Positions 12,554 to 23,136 of a DNA stretch of 34,977 bases are shown here, one piece after another. The stretch lies in the NCBI GenBank assembly GCA_963827755.1, contig CAWHCQ010000018.1, positions 1 through 34,977 on the forward strand. Direction: 5' to 3'. How positions within the stretch are numbered: the stretch's first letter is position 1; each line of letters starts with the position of its first letter. The notes beneath the pieces are model-generated. The model saw only the letters and a program-made list of their open reading frames with translations. It ran no database searches and was not told the DNA's origin. This stretch comes from an uncultured Gammaproteobacteria bacterium. Lineage in GTDB: Bacteria > Pseudomonadota > Gammaproteobacteria > UBA9214. A program made the translations under genes and the position numbers.

Positions 12554-12883
12554 ATGCAAAACCCCCTGCAACTCGTGCTGTGCACCGTCCCGGACAGGGA
12601 CAGCGCGGAGCGAATTGCAGAGACGCTGGTTGCAGAGCAACTGGCGGCCTGTATCAATATCATTCCGGGGATAAGCTCGGTCTATCGCTGGAAAGGAAAG
12701 CTGGAGAAAGACGAGGAACTGCTGCTGTTCATCAAGACCAGCCAGGGCGCGTATCACGCGCTGGAACAACGGATTCGCGCCCTGCATCCCTACGAACTTC
12801 CCGAAATCATTGCAGTCCCAATACAGACCGGACAGGAAGACTATACAAGATGGATAGAAAGCAACATTACCACGCCTTCATGA
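12554..12883 (+). CDS. cutA: Divalent-cation tolerance protein CutA
   Basis: [29 protein letters not shown]; ATGA overlap with dsbD. Confidence 0.93.
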   Translation: MQNPLQLVLCTVPDRDSAERIAETLVAEQLAACINIIPGISSVYRWKGKLEKDEELLLFIKTSQGAYHALEQRIRALHPYELPEIIAVPIQTGQEDYTRWIESNITTPS

Positions 12884-15177
12884 CTTCCTGGAAAATCCTC
12901 GCCGCAGTGCTGGCCTTGCTCGCGCTGCCGGCCCATGCGCTGGATTCGATTGGCGCTGCGGAACAGGAACTGCTGGAGCCGAACAAGGCATTTGTATTCA
13001 ATGCCACGGTCCGGGATGCGACAACCCTGCAGGCCAGCTGGAAAATCGCTGACGGTTATTACATGTACCGCGAGCGCATCCGTTTCCGCAGCGACACGCC
13101 GGGTATTGAACTCGGCAAGCCGGTGCTGCCTGCCGGCAAAATCAAGAACGATGAATTCTTCGGTGAGATCGCCGTATTCCGCAACCAGGTAACGGCCACC
13201 ATCCCGTACACCCGCTCGGCTGACGGCCCGGACACCCTGCAACTCAGCGCTGTATCACAGGGCTGTGCCGATATCGGGGTGTGCTACCCCCCGCATACGC
13301 AACTGGCACAACTGGAACTGCCGGCAACACTCGCAGCCGCTGCAACGCCCGCTTCCAGCCTGCAGTCGCTGAATACGCTGGCCGATAAGCTGGGCCTGGA
13401 CAGCGGCGCAGACGAATTTCTTGACCCGGACATCGCCTTTCAGGCCAGTGTCATTGAAACCCGGCCCGGCCTGCTGCTGGTGCGCTGGGACATTGCCGAT
13501 GGCTATTATCTCTACCGGGACAAGCTCAAGGTGCAGCTGGTCGAAGGCCCGGGTGTCACCCTGGGTGCTGTCGAGCTGCCCCCCGGCAAGATCAAGCATG
13601 ATGAATTCTTCGGCGACGTGCAGGTCTTTCACCACGAGGTAGAGGCCCGGGTACCGGTGCAGGGCACAACCGGCGCCGGTGAAATCACCCTGCAAATTGC
13701 CCACCAGGGCTGTGCCGAGGCCGGCATCTGCTACCCGCCCATGAAGAAGCTGGTCAACGTGGCCCTCACTGCGCCCGGCGCCGGCACAGTCCCCGTGGAC
13801 AGCGTCACACCCGGCAAGAAACGGCCGGGCGTTGCGGTGACCACCACCCGCCAGGATGATGTCGTGCAGGTCCTGCAGGAAAGCAGCCTGACATGGGTCG
13901 TGCTGTTCTTTTTCGGCGCCGGTATTTTGCTTGCCTTCACCGCCTGCATGTACCCGATGATTCCCATCATCTCCAGCATCATTGTCGGACAGGGCGAGAA
14001 CATCACGGCCGCCAGGGCCTTCGGCCTGACGCTCATCTATGTCGAGGCGCTTGCACTCACCTATGCGGTGATCGGGCTGATCTCCGCAAATATCGGCGCC
14101 GGTGTACAGGCCTTTTTCCAGAACCCGTGGATACTGGGTTTCTTTGCGCTGGTGTTTGTTGCACTGGCCTTGTCCATGTTCGGTTTTTTCCATATGCAGC
14201 TGCCTGCTTCCTGGCAGTCGAAGCTGCACAACACCAGTCACAAAATGAAAGGCGGCACCCTGCTGGGGGTCGTCGTCATGGGCGTGCTGTCGGCACTGAT
14301 TGTCGGCCCCTGTGCCGGGCCGGTCCTGATCGGCGCGCTCATCTACACCAGCCAGAGCAGCGATTATCTCACCGGGGCACTGGCCATGTTTGCGCTCGGC
14401 AACGGCATGGGCCTGCCCCTGCTGGTGCTCGCGACCACCGAGGGCAAGCTGCTGCCCAAAGCCGGCGGCTGGATGGACAGCGTCAAGGCGGTATTCGGCG
14501 TCATCCTGCTGGGTGTCGCGATACTGATGCTGGAACGCATCCTGCCGGGACCGGTCACCCTGGCACTGTGGGCGCTGCTGCTGATCATCCCGGCAATCTA
14601 CATGCGCGCCCTGGATCCATTACCCGAGGGCGTATCCGGCTGGCGGCGGCTCTGGAAGGGCCTGGGTGTTGCCATGATCATCTACGGCATCATCCTCATC
14701 ATCGGCGCCGCAACCGGCGCGCGTGATCCCTTCAACCCGCTGCGCAACCTGGGCGGCACCCTGACCACGACCGCCGGCGGCAGCTATAATTCGCAACACC
14801 TGCAATTCCAGCGCATCAAAAGCACGGACGACTTCAGTGCCGCCCTGGCCGAGAGCAGCGCCCGGGGCAAACCGGTCATGCTGGATTTCTACGCGGACTG
14901 GTGCACCTATTGCCTGAAGATGGAGGACTACACCTTCTCCGATCCGGCCGTGCAACAGGCACTTGCCAACGTCACCCTGTTACAGGCGGATGTCACCGCC
15001 AACGACGCCACGGACCTGGCCTTGCTGAATCACTTCGGCTTGTTTGCCCCGCCGGCGATCCTGTTTTTCGATGCGCAAGGAGAAGAACGGCGTGACCAGC
15101 GGCTGGTCGGGTTTATGGATGCCGGGGATTTCCTGGAATACCTGGCGGGGGCGCTGGGTGGAGCTAGCAGGAAGTGA
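12880..15177 (+). CDS. dsbD: Protein-disulfide reductase DsbD with duplicated N-terminal (alpha) domain
   Basis: Signal peptide, two QGCA.{3}.CYPP domains, TM domain with two Cys (FTACMYP, GPCAGP), C-terminal thioredoxin domain [10 protein letters not shown]. Confidence 0.93.
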   Translation: MTSWKILAAVLALLALPAHALDSIGAAEQELLEPNKAFVFNATVRDATTLQASWKIADGYYMYRERIRFRSDTPGIELGKPVLPAGKIKNDEFFGEIAVFRNQVTATIPYTRSADGPDTLQLSAVSQGCADIGVCYPPHTQLAQLELPATLAAAATPASSLQSLNTLADKLGLDSGADEFLDPDIAFQASVIETRPGLLLVRWDIADGYYLYRDKLKVQLVEGPGVTLGAVELPPGKIKHDEFFGDVQVFHHEVEARVPVQGTTGAGEITLQIAHQGCAEAGICYPPMKKLVNVALTAPGAGTVPVDSVTPGKKRPGVAVTTTRQDDVVQVLQESSLTWVVLFFFGAGILLAFTACMYPMIPIISSIIVGQGENITAARAFGLTLIYVEALALTYAVIGLISANIGAGVQAFFQNPWILGFFALVFVALALSMFGFFHMQLPASWQSKLHNTSHKMKGGTLLGVVVMGVLSALIVGPCAGPVLIGALIYTSQSSDYLTGALAMFALGNGMGLPLLVLATTEGKLLPKAGGWMDSVKAVFGVILLGVAILMLERILPGPVTLALWALLLIIPAIYMRALDPLPEGVSGWRRLWKGLGVAMIIYGIILIIGAATGARDPFNPLRNLGGTLTTTAGGSYNSQHLQFQRIKSTDDFSAALAESSARGKPVMLDFYADWCTYCLKMEDYTFSDPAVQQALANVTLLQADVTANDATDLALLNHFGLFAPPAILFFDAQGEERRDQRLVGFMDAGDFLEYLAGALGGASRK

Positions 15178-15573
15178 AGTGAGAAGTGAAACCAAAAGCA
15201 TGAAGTGACCACGAAAGTCACACGGAAAAGTTCAGTCAAATGAAAAAACTACCTGTAGGAGCGGATCTAATCCGCGAATGTCGCAGCACGAACAAACGCC
15301 CATCGCAGCTTGAGAAGCGCTTCTACAGGTATGTTTATGGCGTATCAGCAGCTCCGTTCACCCCGGATTCCGGCTCCGATAGATCCTGCATCCGGGCTGC
15401 GGGATTAGTGGCCACGAAATCACACGGAAAATTCGTCAAAGTAAAAAACCCCTGTAGGAGCGGATCTAATCCGCGATGACTGCGCTCATCGACGAAACCC
15501 CATCGCGGATCTAGCATCCGCTCCTACGGCTGACTTCTCACTTCTCACTCTCACTTCTCACTTCTATTTCTCA
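15170..15573. repeat. Composite intergenic repeat region: heptamers, degenerate CACGGAA motifs and GTAG REPs
   Basis: AGTGAGA heptamers at the left end and TCTCACT at the right end. ~70-bp duplication (15205-15277 vs 15408-15476). GTAGGAGCGGATCTAATCCGCGA at 15255 and 15454. Confidence 0.8.
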
Positions 15574-16932
15574 CTTAGGCTTCAGGCCGAATTTCCGCAA
15601 CAGGTCATACATCGTCGGGCGACTGACGCCGAGCAACTCGGCGGCCTGCGATATCTTGCCGCCGACATGATTGAGGGCGCGCGTGATCGCCTGGCGGTCG
15701 GCGCGGTCGCGGATATCGCGCAGGTTGAAAGTTGCCAGTTCGTCGCTTGAGGTGCCGCCCAATTCCAGGTCGCTGGCCGTGATCTGCTTGTGCTCGGCCA
15801 TAATCACGGCGCGCTTGACGCGGTTTTCAAGTTCGCGGACATTGCCCGGCCAGCCATAGGATTCAATCGCCGCCATGGCGTCCTTGCTGAAACGGTGTCC
15901 TTTCTTGCCCTGTTGCTTGTCGATGCGCTCGAGAAAAACACGTGCCAGCAGCAAGGCATCGCCCTCGCGATCCTTCAAGGAAGGGATGCTGATAGAGACC
16001 TCACCGATGCGATAGTACAAATCCTCGCGGAAGGTCTGCGCGCGAATCAATTCATGCAAATCCTTGTGGGTTGCACAGATCACGCGCAGATCCACCGGGA
16101 TTTCCTTGCGGCCACCGACCCGCTCGATCACCCGCTCCTGCAGAAAGCGCAACAGCTTGGCCTGCAGCGGCAGCGGCATGTCACCCACTTCATCCAGGAA
16201 CAGGGTGCCGCCGGATGCCGTTTCTATTTTTCCCGGCGTCTGCTTTGCAGCACCGGTAAAGGCGCCTTTCTCGTAACCGAACAACTCGCTCTCGAGCAGG
16301 TTTTCCGGTATGGCCGCACAGTTTATGGCAACAAACCGGCCCTCATTGCGGGCGCTGAGTTCATGCAGGGACCTGGCGAGCAATTCCTTGCCGGTGCCGG
16401 ACTCACCCAGCACGAGCACCGAGGCATCCGTCGGCGCGACCTTCTCGACCGTGCGGCAGACCTGCAGCATGCTGTCGCTCCCGGTGATGACACCTGCCAG
16501 GGGAGACTCGGTCTGCTGAGTGCTGAGGCGCCGGTTTTCTTCTTCCAGTTCGTAAACGCGGTAGGCGCGGTTCACGATCAGCTCGAGCATGTCGGCATCG
16601 ATCGGCTTGTAGAAAAAATCATAGGCCCCCATGGCAACCGATCGGGTGGCATGTTTACGGTCATTGTTACCCGTGACGACAATCACCTTGGTATGCGGGG
16701 CCTGCAGCAGGATATCCTCGAGCACGGCAAAACCTTCACTGGTGCCCTCCGCATCCGGCGGGAGACCGAGATCGAGCGTAACAACCGGTGTTTCGTGTTC
16801 CTTGAGCGCGGCAAGTGCATCCTGCCTTTCGCCGGCGATGACTACTTCATAGTTTTCAAAACACCAGCGAAGCTGCGTCTGCAACCCCGGGTCATCTTCA
16901 ACCACGAGCAATTTTCTGGCAGGTTTATCCAT
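15571..16932 (-). CDS. prsR: PEP-CTERM-box sigma54-dependent response regulator
   Basis: REC domain (VTLDLGLPPD), AAA+ GESGTGKE and GAFTGA, Fis-type HTH; adjacent to prsK. Confidence 0.88.
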   Translation of the reverse strand: MDKPARKLLVVEDDPGLQTQLRWCFENYEVVIAGERQDALAALKEHETPVVTLDLGLPPDAEGTSEGFAVLEDILLQAPHTKVIVVTGNNDRKHATRSVAMGAYDFFYKPIDADMLELIVNRAYRVYELEEENRRLSTQQTESPLAGVITGSDSMLQVCRTVEKVAPTDASVLVLGESGTGKELLARSLHELSARNEGRFVAINCAAIPENLLESELFGYEKGAFTGAAKQTPGKIETASGGTLFLDEVGDMPLPLQAKLLRFLQERVIERVGGRKEIPVDLRVICATHKDLHELIRAQTFREDLYYRIGEVSISIPSLKDREGDALLLARVFLERIDKQQGKKGHRFSKDAMAAIESYGWPGNVRELENRVKRAVIMAEHKQITASDLELGGTSSDELATFNLRDIRDRADRQAITRALNHVGGKISQAAELLGVSRPTMYDLLRKFGLKPK

Positions 16933-16960
16933 CGGTTCAAATATCGACTCTCAACATTAT

Positions 16961-19036
16961 TTACTTTACGTCATTTTCGGCGGCATCGCTAATCTGCAGG
17001 CGCACCCTGAAGGTTGTCCCCTCGCCAACCCGGCTGATAACTTCCAGGTCGCCGCCCAGCTTGTGCACGTAATCCTGCGCCTCGTATACACCGATGCCCA
17101 TGCCCGACTTGCCCTTGGTGCTGTCAAAGGGCCTGAACAGGCGGTCCTTGATGAATGCCGCATCCATCCCGCAGCCGTTATCCTGCACCTCGATAGTGGC
17201 GTGGTCAGCACGCTTGAACAGGCGCACGATGATCCGGCCGTCATCTTTGGTCGCATCCTGGGCATTACGTACCAGGTGGCCGATTATGGCGCCAAGGCGA
17301 TCTGCATCGGCCTGGATATGGATGTCAGCGGCCTGGCAGTCAAGACTGGGGACAGGCTTGCTGTTCGACATGGTTTTAACAACCTCCATAAGGGTTGCGC
17401 ACAACTCGATTGAACCGGTCGCTTTTTCCAGGATGGCGTCGCTGCGCAAATGGGACAACAGGCTGTTCATTTTATGCACGGAATTATCGACGGTGGTGAT
17501 GGCATCTTCCATGAAGGCAGGGTTGGCACTGTGTTTCGCGGCATTGGTGACCACCAGCGAGAGTTGCGCAATCAGGTTTTTCAGGTCATGCATGACATAG
17601 GATGACAGCCGGTTACAGGCCTCGAACTGTTTTGCCTCGGCAAGCGCCTGCGAGGCCTCCAGCTGCGCGAGGTGTACCGCCACCTGTCGACCGGCCGTTT
17701 TGAGCAGGTCGGAGTCCTCCCAGTTGAAATGCTGCTGGGCCGGCGAGCGCGCCAGCACCATAAAACCGATCATGTGGTCATGCACGATCAGGGGTATTAC
17801 CAGCCAGGCACGCGGCATGTTTTCAAGCCACTGTGGCAATTCAAGATTGTTATAGAGTTCCGGGTCGCGATCATACTCATCAATATCAATCAGCCATTCA
17901 CGCGCCGCCATGAACTTGATCAGCGAGTGATCGCTGCCCAGCACATCATTATCCGCGACCTCCATTTGCCAGCTGGACACCGGCACATAACGGTTCATAC
18001 GCCGTATCCAGAGGATACCGCCCGGGCTGTCGATGATCTCGGCAATCGAATGGATCGCACGTTCACGCAGGCGGTCATCCGGCTGACCGGACGACAGGGT
18101 GCGAATAAAACGCAGCCATTCATCACGATAGTCATACTTGTAATGGAAAAAATGCTTGTTGATGAAAACACGCAGGCTGGCGCGCACGCGGCCGGAAAAG
18201 AGCACCACCATCAGAACAAGGACGGCCCCGGAAATAAAAATAATCTGTATAACCGTCGCCCATTCGCCGCCGTAATACTTGATGTAATAACCACCAAGCC
18301 CCATCGCCAGCAAGTACAGGCCCGTACCCAGTAATGCCGTGGTGTGAAAAACCATGCGGCGCGAGACGAATATATCCAGCGAAAGCCTGGGGTCCCGCGC
18401 GATCGCAATTGCCAGCACGGGTACGATCAGGCCATTCACAAACCCGCGCACCTCCCAGACAGTGACATCGAGTTTCTGAAACAGCAGCGCAGTGGAGTAC
18501 AGGTATAAATCGTAGGCAAACATGATACCGAGCGCGATACACAGGTATTTGACCGCCCGACGGGACTCCACGTGGGCGTTACGCATGATCTGCTCGACCA
18601 GCACAATGCCTGCAACTGCCAGCAGCAGGAAACCGGAATAGAGGACATCCACACCCCCCAGGTTCATGGCTTCCGCCCCCTTGAAGAGACGCAACAGCAC
18701 AATGGCGACAAGCAACACCGTGAACCCGCCTGCGAACAGGGTTGCCTTGCGAAAGCGCCGGAAGGCAAGGTGGGTATCGGTTACCGAAGAAACCAGCACA
18801 TAACCCAGGAACAGAAGCCACGAAAAACTGCGCACCGGCTCGAGCAGGTAGGCCAGAAAAGGCGCATCAAACTAAATTGCAAATGCAGTGAAGCACAGCC
18901 ACACGGTGCTGACGACCGAGGCAAACTTCAATGCATTCTTGCGTGACCGGCCCTGCTCGCCGGTGAGCAGGACCAGGGACAGGAACAGGAACAGGACGGC
19001 ACCCGATGCGTAGCTGATGACGCCTGTGTTAATCAT
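16961..19036 (-). CDS. prsK: PEP-CTERM system histidine kinase (in-frame TAG at codon 55)
   Basis: Multi-TM N-terminus, KHFFHYKYDYRDEWLRF, GAF region, HDLKNL H-box, NAQDA, GMGIG. The upstream frame MINTGVISY...AFAI* is in frame with ORF 16961-18835. Confidence 0.88.
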
Positions 19037-19065
19037 TCGAGGTTACCTGAAAGCCTTTTGATTTT

Positions 19066-19380
19066 ATGGCCACGGAAGCACAACGGCATAGACCACGGAA
19101 GAGCAAGGAATCACATACGGTTCGCGCACGGTTCGCGAGCTCGCGCTCGCTCCTACGGTGAATGCACAGTGCCTTTCATCTCAGGATTCAGCCCCACCGC
19201 GACATCAGCGACCTGCAGGAGCCAGCACCAGCTGGCGAATTGATCGTGCACTGTTCGCGAGCTGACGCCGCTCTGCAGTTATCACAAAGCCCGGTTCATT
19301 ACCATCGATCAGCTTTATACATGCAGCATGGGCAGCAATCTTTATTTTTCCGTGTTCTTCCGTGGCTTCCGTGGCCATTA
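19066..19380. repeat. Inverted pair of CACGGAA motifs enclosing degenerate GTAG REPs
   Basis: ATGGCCACGGAAGC.. at 19066 and TTTATTTTTCCGTGTTCTTCCGTGGCTTCCGTGGCCATTA at 19341-19380. Internal TCGCGCTCGCTCCTAC and GCAGGAGCCAGCACCAGCTGGCGAA. Confidence 0.75.
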
Positions 19381-19391
19381 ATTAACCCTTA

Positions 19392-21889
19392 CTACCCGCC
19401 AATCTTTTTGTAGACGGCACGCGCCTCTTCGACCCCGTCGTAGGTGTATTCCTTTGCGACGGCCTTTGAAAGGATCTCCTTCGCGGCCCGGTTATCGCCC
19501 TGCTTGTAGTAGGCCATGCCCAGGTGATAACGGAAGACCGGGACATCGGGTGCCTGCTCCACCACGCCCGACAAGACCTCGGCCGCCTGCTCATATTCAC
19601 CCAGCCGGTAATGAACCCAGCCGAGCGTATCCAGCAGGACCGGCTGATCGGTAGTTGCCAGCTTCAAGGCAAGTTCCTTGGCCCTGGCCAGGCTTTGCTC
19701 ATCGTCCCGGTGCTCCGAAAGCAGTACGGCAAGATTATTAACAATAATCACATTGTCCGGCTGCCTTTCATAGGCCTTTTCATAGATCTCGATGGCCGCC
19801 TCATAGCGCTTCTCGCGCTCCCGAATCCCCGCCAGCCCCAGTGCAAATCGGGCATTCTCGGGTGCGGCAATGAGACCCCGGTAATACGTACTGGCCGCAT
19901 TCTCGAGGTCACCCTGTGATAGATACAAGCCGGCAAGTCCCACCAGCAAACGCTGGTCATCAAGCATCACGGCAAGTCCGTCCTTAAAGGCCTTTATCGC
20001 ACCTTCCATGTCGCCCTGCCTGATACGAGCGCCGGCCATCTGGATATAGACAACATTGCTCTTGTCATTCACCTCAAGCTGCTTGTAGAATTCCTGCTCG
20101 GCGCGGGCGAACTCCTGCTTTGCCATGTAGGCTACGCCCAACAGGAGATGCGCTACACGGTGTTCCGGATTTTTCTCGAGGACGGTCTTCAGGCGTGCTA
20201 CCGCGGCATCGGCCTTGCCCATGGCAATCTCGGTATTGACCAGTTCTGTCAACGCAAGCACCGAGTCCGGCTCACGCACAAGCGCCTCCTCAAACGCAGC
20301 CACAGCCTCGTCATACTTCTTCTGTGACTTGTACAGGCGCCCCTTGCCAAACGACCCCAGCCCGGTAGGCGAAGCCTGCTCAAGCTTTTCCAGGACGTCC
20401 TCCAGCACCTCGGGATCACCCTGCTTGGCCAGGATCTCGGCCTTGGAACGCAGCGCATTGGCATTGGCCGGCTCGGACTTCAAGCGCGGCGTTGACCTGG
20501 TCAAGCGCACCCTCCAGATCACCAGCTCTGGGCGAGCAGGGACGCCAGGCGCAATCGCGCCATCACATCATCCGGCTTCATCTCAACCGCACGAAAGAAG
20601 TTTTCCCTGGCCAGTTCCGTTTCGCCATTTACCAGGTGGGCCTGGGCCAGCAACGTCAACACCTCCACTGAATCCGGCTGATCCTTCAGCACCGAGCGGA
20701 ACATTGCAACCGCCTCGGTATAGTCCTTCTCCTGCATGGCAATCCGGCCCTTCAGCATCAGCGCATTGTCGTCCTTCGGGTTTTCCTTCAGCACCTCATC
20801 GAGCAGCACCTTTGCTTCATCAAACTTTTCTTGCTGGGCACGCAATGTGGCAATTCCCGTTTTGGCAGCCAGGCCATCGGGTTCAAAACCCAGTTCATCA
20901 ATGACTCCCTGAAATATGGCTTCCGCCTTTTCCGGCTGTTCGGACTGCATGTACAAATTTGCCAGCGCAAACTGCAGTTTGGTCAAGTCAGGCTTCTGCT
21001 CTATAAAAGCCTCCAGTTCACTGATCGCCTTTTCTTTGCCCGTTTTTTTATCAATAAAATCCACCAACAGCAGGTAGCGCTGCTCATCCTCCGGGTCTGC
21101 GGCTATGGACTCACGCAAGACTTTCATGGCCTTGTCATTCTGGTCCGTCGTCGAGTAGAAAGAAGCCAGTGTCACCCGGTGCTGCAAAACGTCCGGATGA
21201 CTGCCGACGAGCCCTGACAGAACGGCCTCCGCCTTGTCATTGTCCTTGCGATCGAGATAGGCCTGGGCAAGCCGCACCTGCAAGACCACGCTTTGTGCAT
21301 TTGCGGCAACTGCACGTTCAAGCACCTGCAGCGCATCATCGGGTTTTTCCTGTTTCGCATAGATGGCTGACAGCAACTGGGCCGCACCCTCGTGCCCGGC
21401 ATCTGCAGCAAGCACTTGCTGAAGGATCTCTACGGACTCACTGTCCTTTTCCTGTCTTACCAGTATCGTGGCCTTCAGGACAAGGGCATCCGCATTTGAC
21501 GGCTCTCTCGAGAGCGCCTCATCGACCTGTTCAGCCGCCTTGTCCATTTCGCCCGCGAGCACGTTGAAACGCCCGAGGTGAATACGCGCTTCCACGTACT
21601 CGGGATCCAGCTCAACCGCCTTGTTGTAGTTTCCATAGGCCAGGCGCCATTCCTGCTCCTTCTCGGCCACCTTGCCCAGGTAAAAGTAGGGGGCTGCTGA
21701 TTTGGGATCGATCTGCAGCACATTTTTAAACTCGATCTTGGCCTTTTCGTAGTTTTCTTCTTCAAAATAGGCCTTGCCGCGCTCCAGGTACTTGACCTTG
21801 CGCTCCTCGGCGCCACCGCAGCCGGCGAGCAGAAATACGAAAAGCAGCGCTGCTGCAACCAATTTGCTGTTCTTATCAAACAAAAACAT
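19392..21889 (-). CDS. TPR-repeat lipoprotein, PrsT-like (frameshift ~20520)
   Basis: Lipobox LLAGC, many TPR repeats, C-terminal NNLA..LDTLGWVHY..YHLGMAY; next to prsK/prsR. Confidence 0.8.
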
Positions 21890-21991
21890 GAGTGCCTCCA
21901 GGGGGCATGTGCTTCGTATGAAGCATTGACGTTCATTTAATCTGTTGATTATAAAGTGGTTGTGTATCGAGTGCGTGCCATGGAATTATTC

Positions 21992-22164
21992 AATGGCCAC
22001 GGAATCCACGGAAGAACACGGAAAAATAAAACCCTTTCCTTTCAAAAACAAATTTCCTTTGACGATACAACGCGCCATCAAACAATCACTGTATCGCGCC
22101 TTAAGCTCCACCTACAAGATTTTTTTATATTTTTCCGTGTTCTTCCGTGGATTCCGTGGCCATT
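21992..22164. repeat. Gene-less MITE/REPIN-like element with perfect 37-bp inverted CACGGAA arms
   Basis: AATGGCCACGGAATCCACGGAAGAACACGGAAAAATA (21992-22028) and its exact reverse complement (22128-22164), 99-bp spacer. Confidence 0.9.
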
Positions 22165-22199
22165 AAGTTGTTTTTTTACCTCTCACTTCTCACTATGCA

Positions 22200-23130
22200 T
22201 TACGCCTCATTATCAAGAAACCACCGATACGTGCTCCTGATCCCCTCCTCCAGGGAAATCCCGGCCCGCCAGCCCAGGCCATTGATCCTCGAGGTATCCA
22301 CCAGTTTACGCGGCGTGCCGTCCGGCTTGCTGGCATCGTAGACAATTTCCCCTTGATAACCAATGGCTTGCCCTACAAGCGCGGCAAGGTCAGCGATGGA
22401 GATATCCTCCCCGACCCCGATATTCACAATGCCCTCACCGTCATAATGCTCCATCAGGTAACAACAGGCCGCCGCACAGTCATCGACATGCAGAAACTCC
22501 CGCAGCGGCTTGCCGGTCCCCCACACCGTCACCGTCGGCGCATTCGCCGCCTTTGCCTCATGAAACTTGCGGATCAGTGCCGGCATGACATGGGAGGATC
22601 TCCAGGTCAAAATTATCTTCAGGCCCGTAGAGATTGGTCGGCATGGCCGAGATGAACTTGCAGCCGTACTGCCGCTGGTAGGCCTGGCACAGCTTGATGC
22701 CGGCAATCTTGGCCACCGCATACCACTCGTTGGTCGGCTCCAGCGGCCCGGTCAGCAGGTAGTCCTCCTGCAGCGGCTGCGGCGCCAGCTTCGGGTAGAT
22801 GCAGGTACTGCCCAGAAACAGCAACTTCTCCACACCCGAGAGCCGCGCACTCTCGATCACATTCGCCTCGATGATCAGGTTCTGGTAAATGAAATCAGCC
22901 GGGAACTCGTTATTGGCCAGGATCCCGCCGACCTTGGCGGCTGCCAGAAATACATAATCCGGACGCTCACGCTCAAAGAACGCCCGTACCGCCGCCTGGT
23001 TCCTGAGATCCAGTTCCTTGCTGGTCGCGGTCAGGAGGTTGTCATAGCCTTCGGCCTGCAACCGCCTGACAATCGCCGAACCCACCAGGCCGCGGTGCCC
23101 GGCTACGTAGATTTTTGCTTTTTTGTTCAT
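22200..23130 (-). CDS. fcl: GDP-L-fucose synthase (frameshift ~22600)
   Basis: [50 protein letters not shown]; [26 protein letters not shown] in the second frame. Confidence 0.93.
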
Positions 23131-23136
23131 TTTATT

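Noticed and set aside
12299-12879. N-terminal extensions of CutA (SHFSLLT repeats) and DsbD given in the ORF track
   Set aside because: These are read-through of the heptamer array and of the cutA overlap. True starts are better placed at 12554 and 12880.
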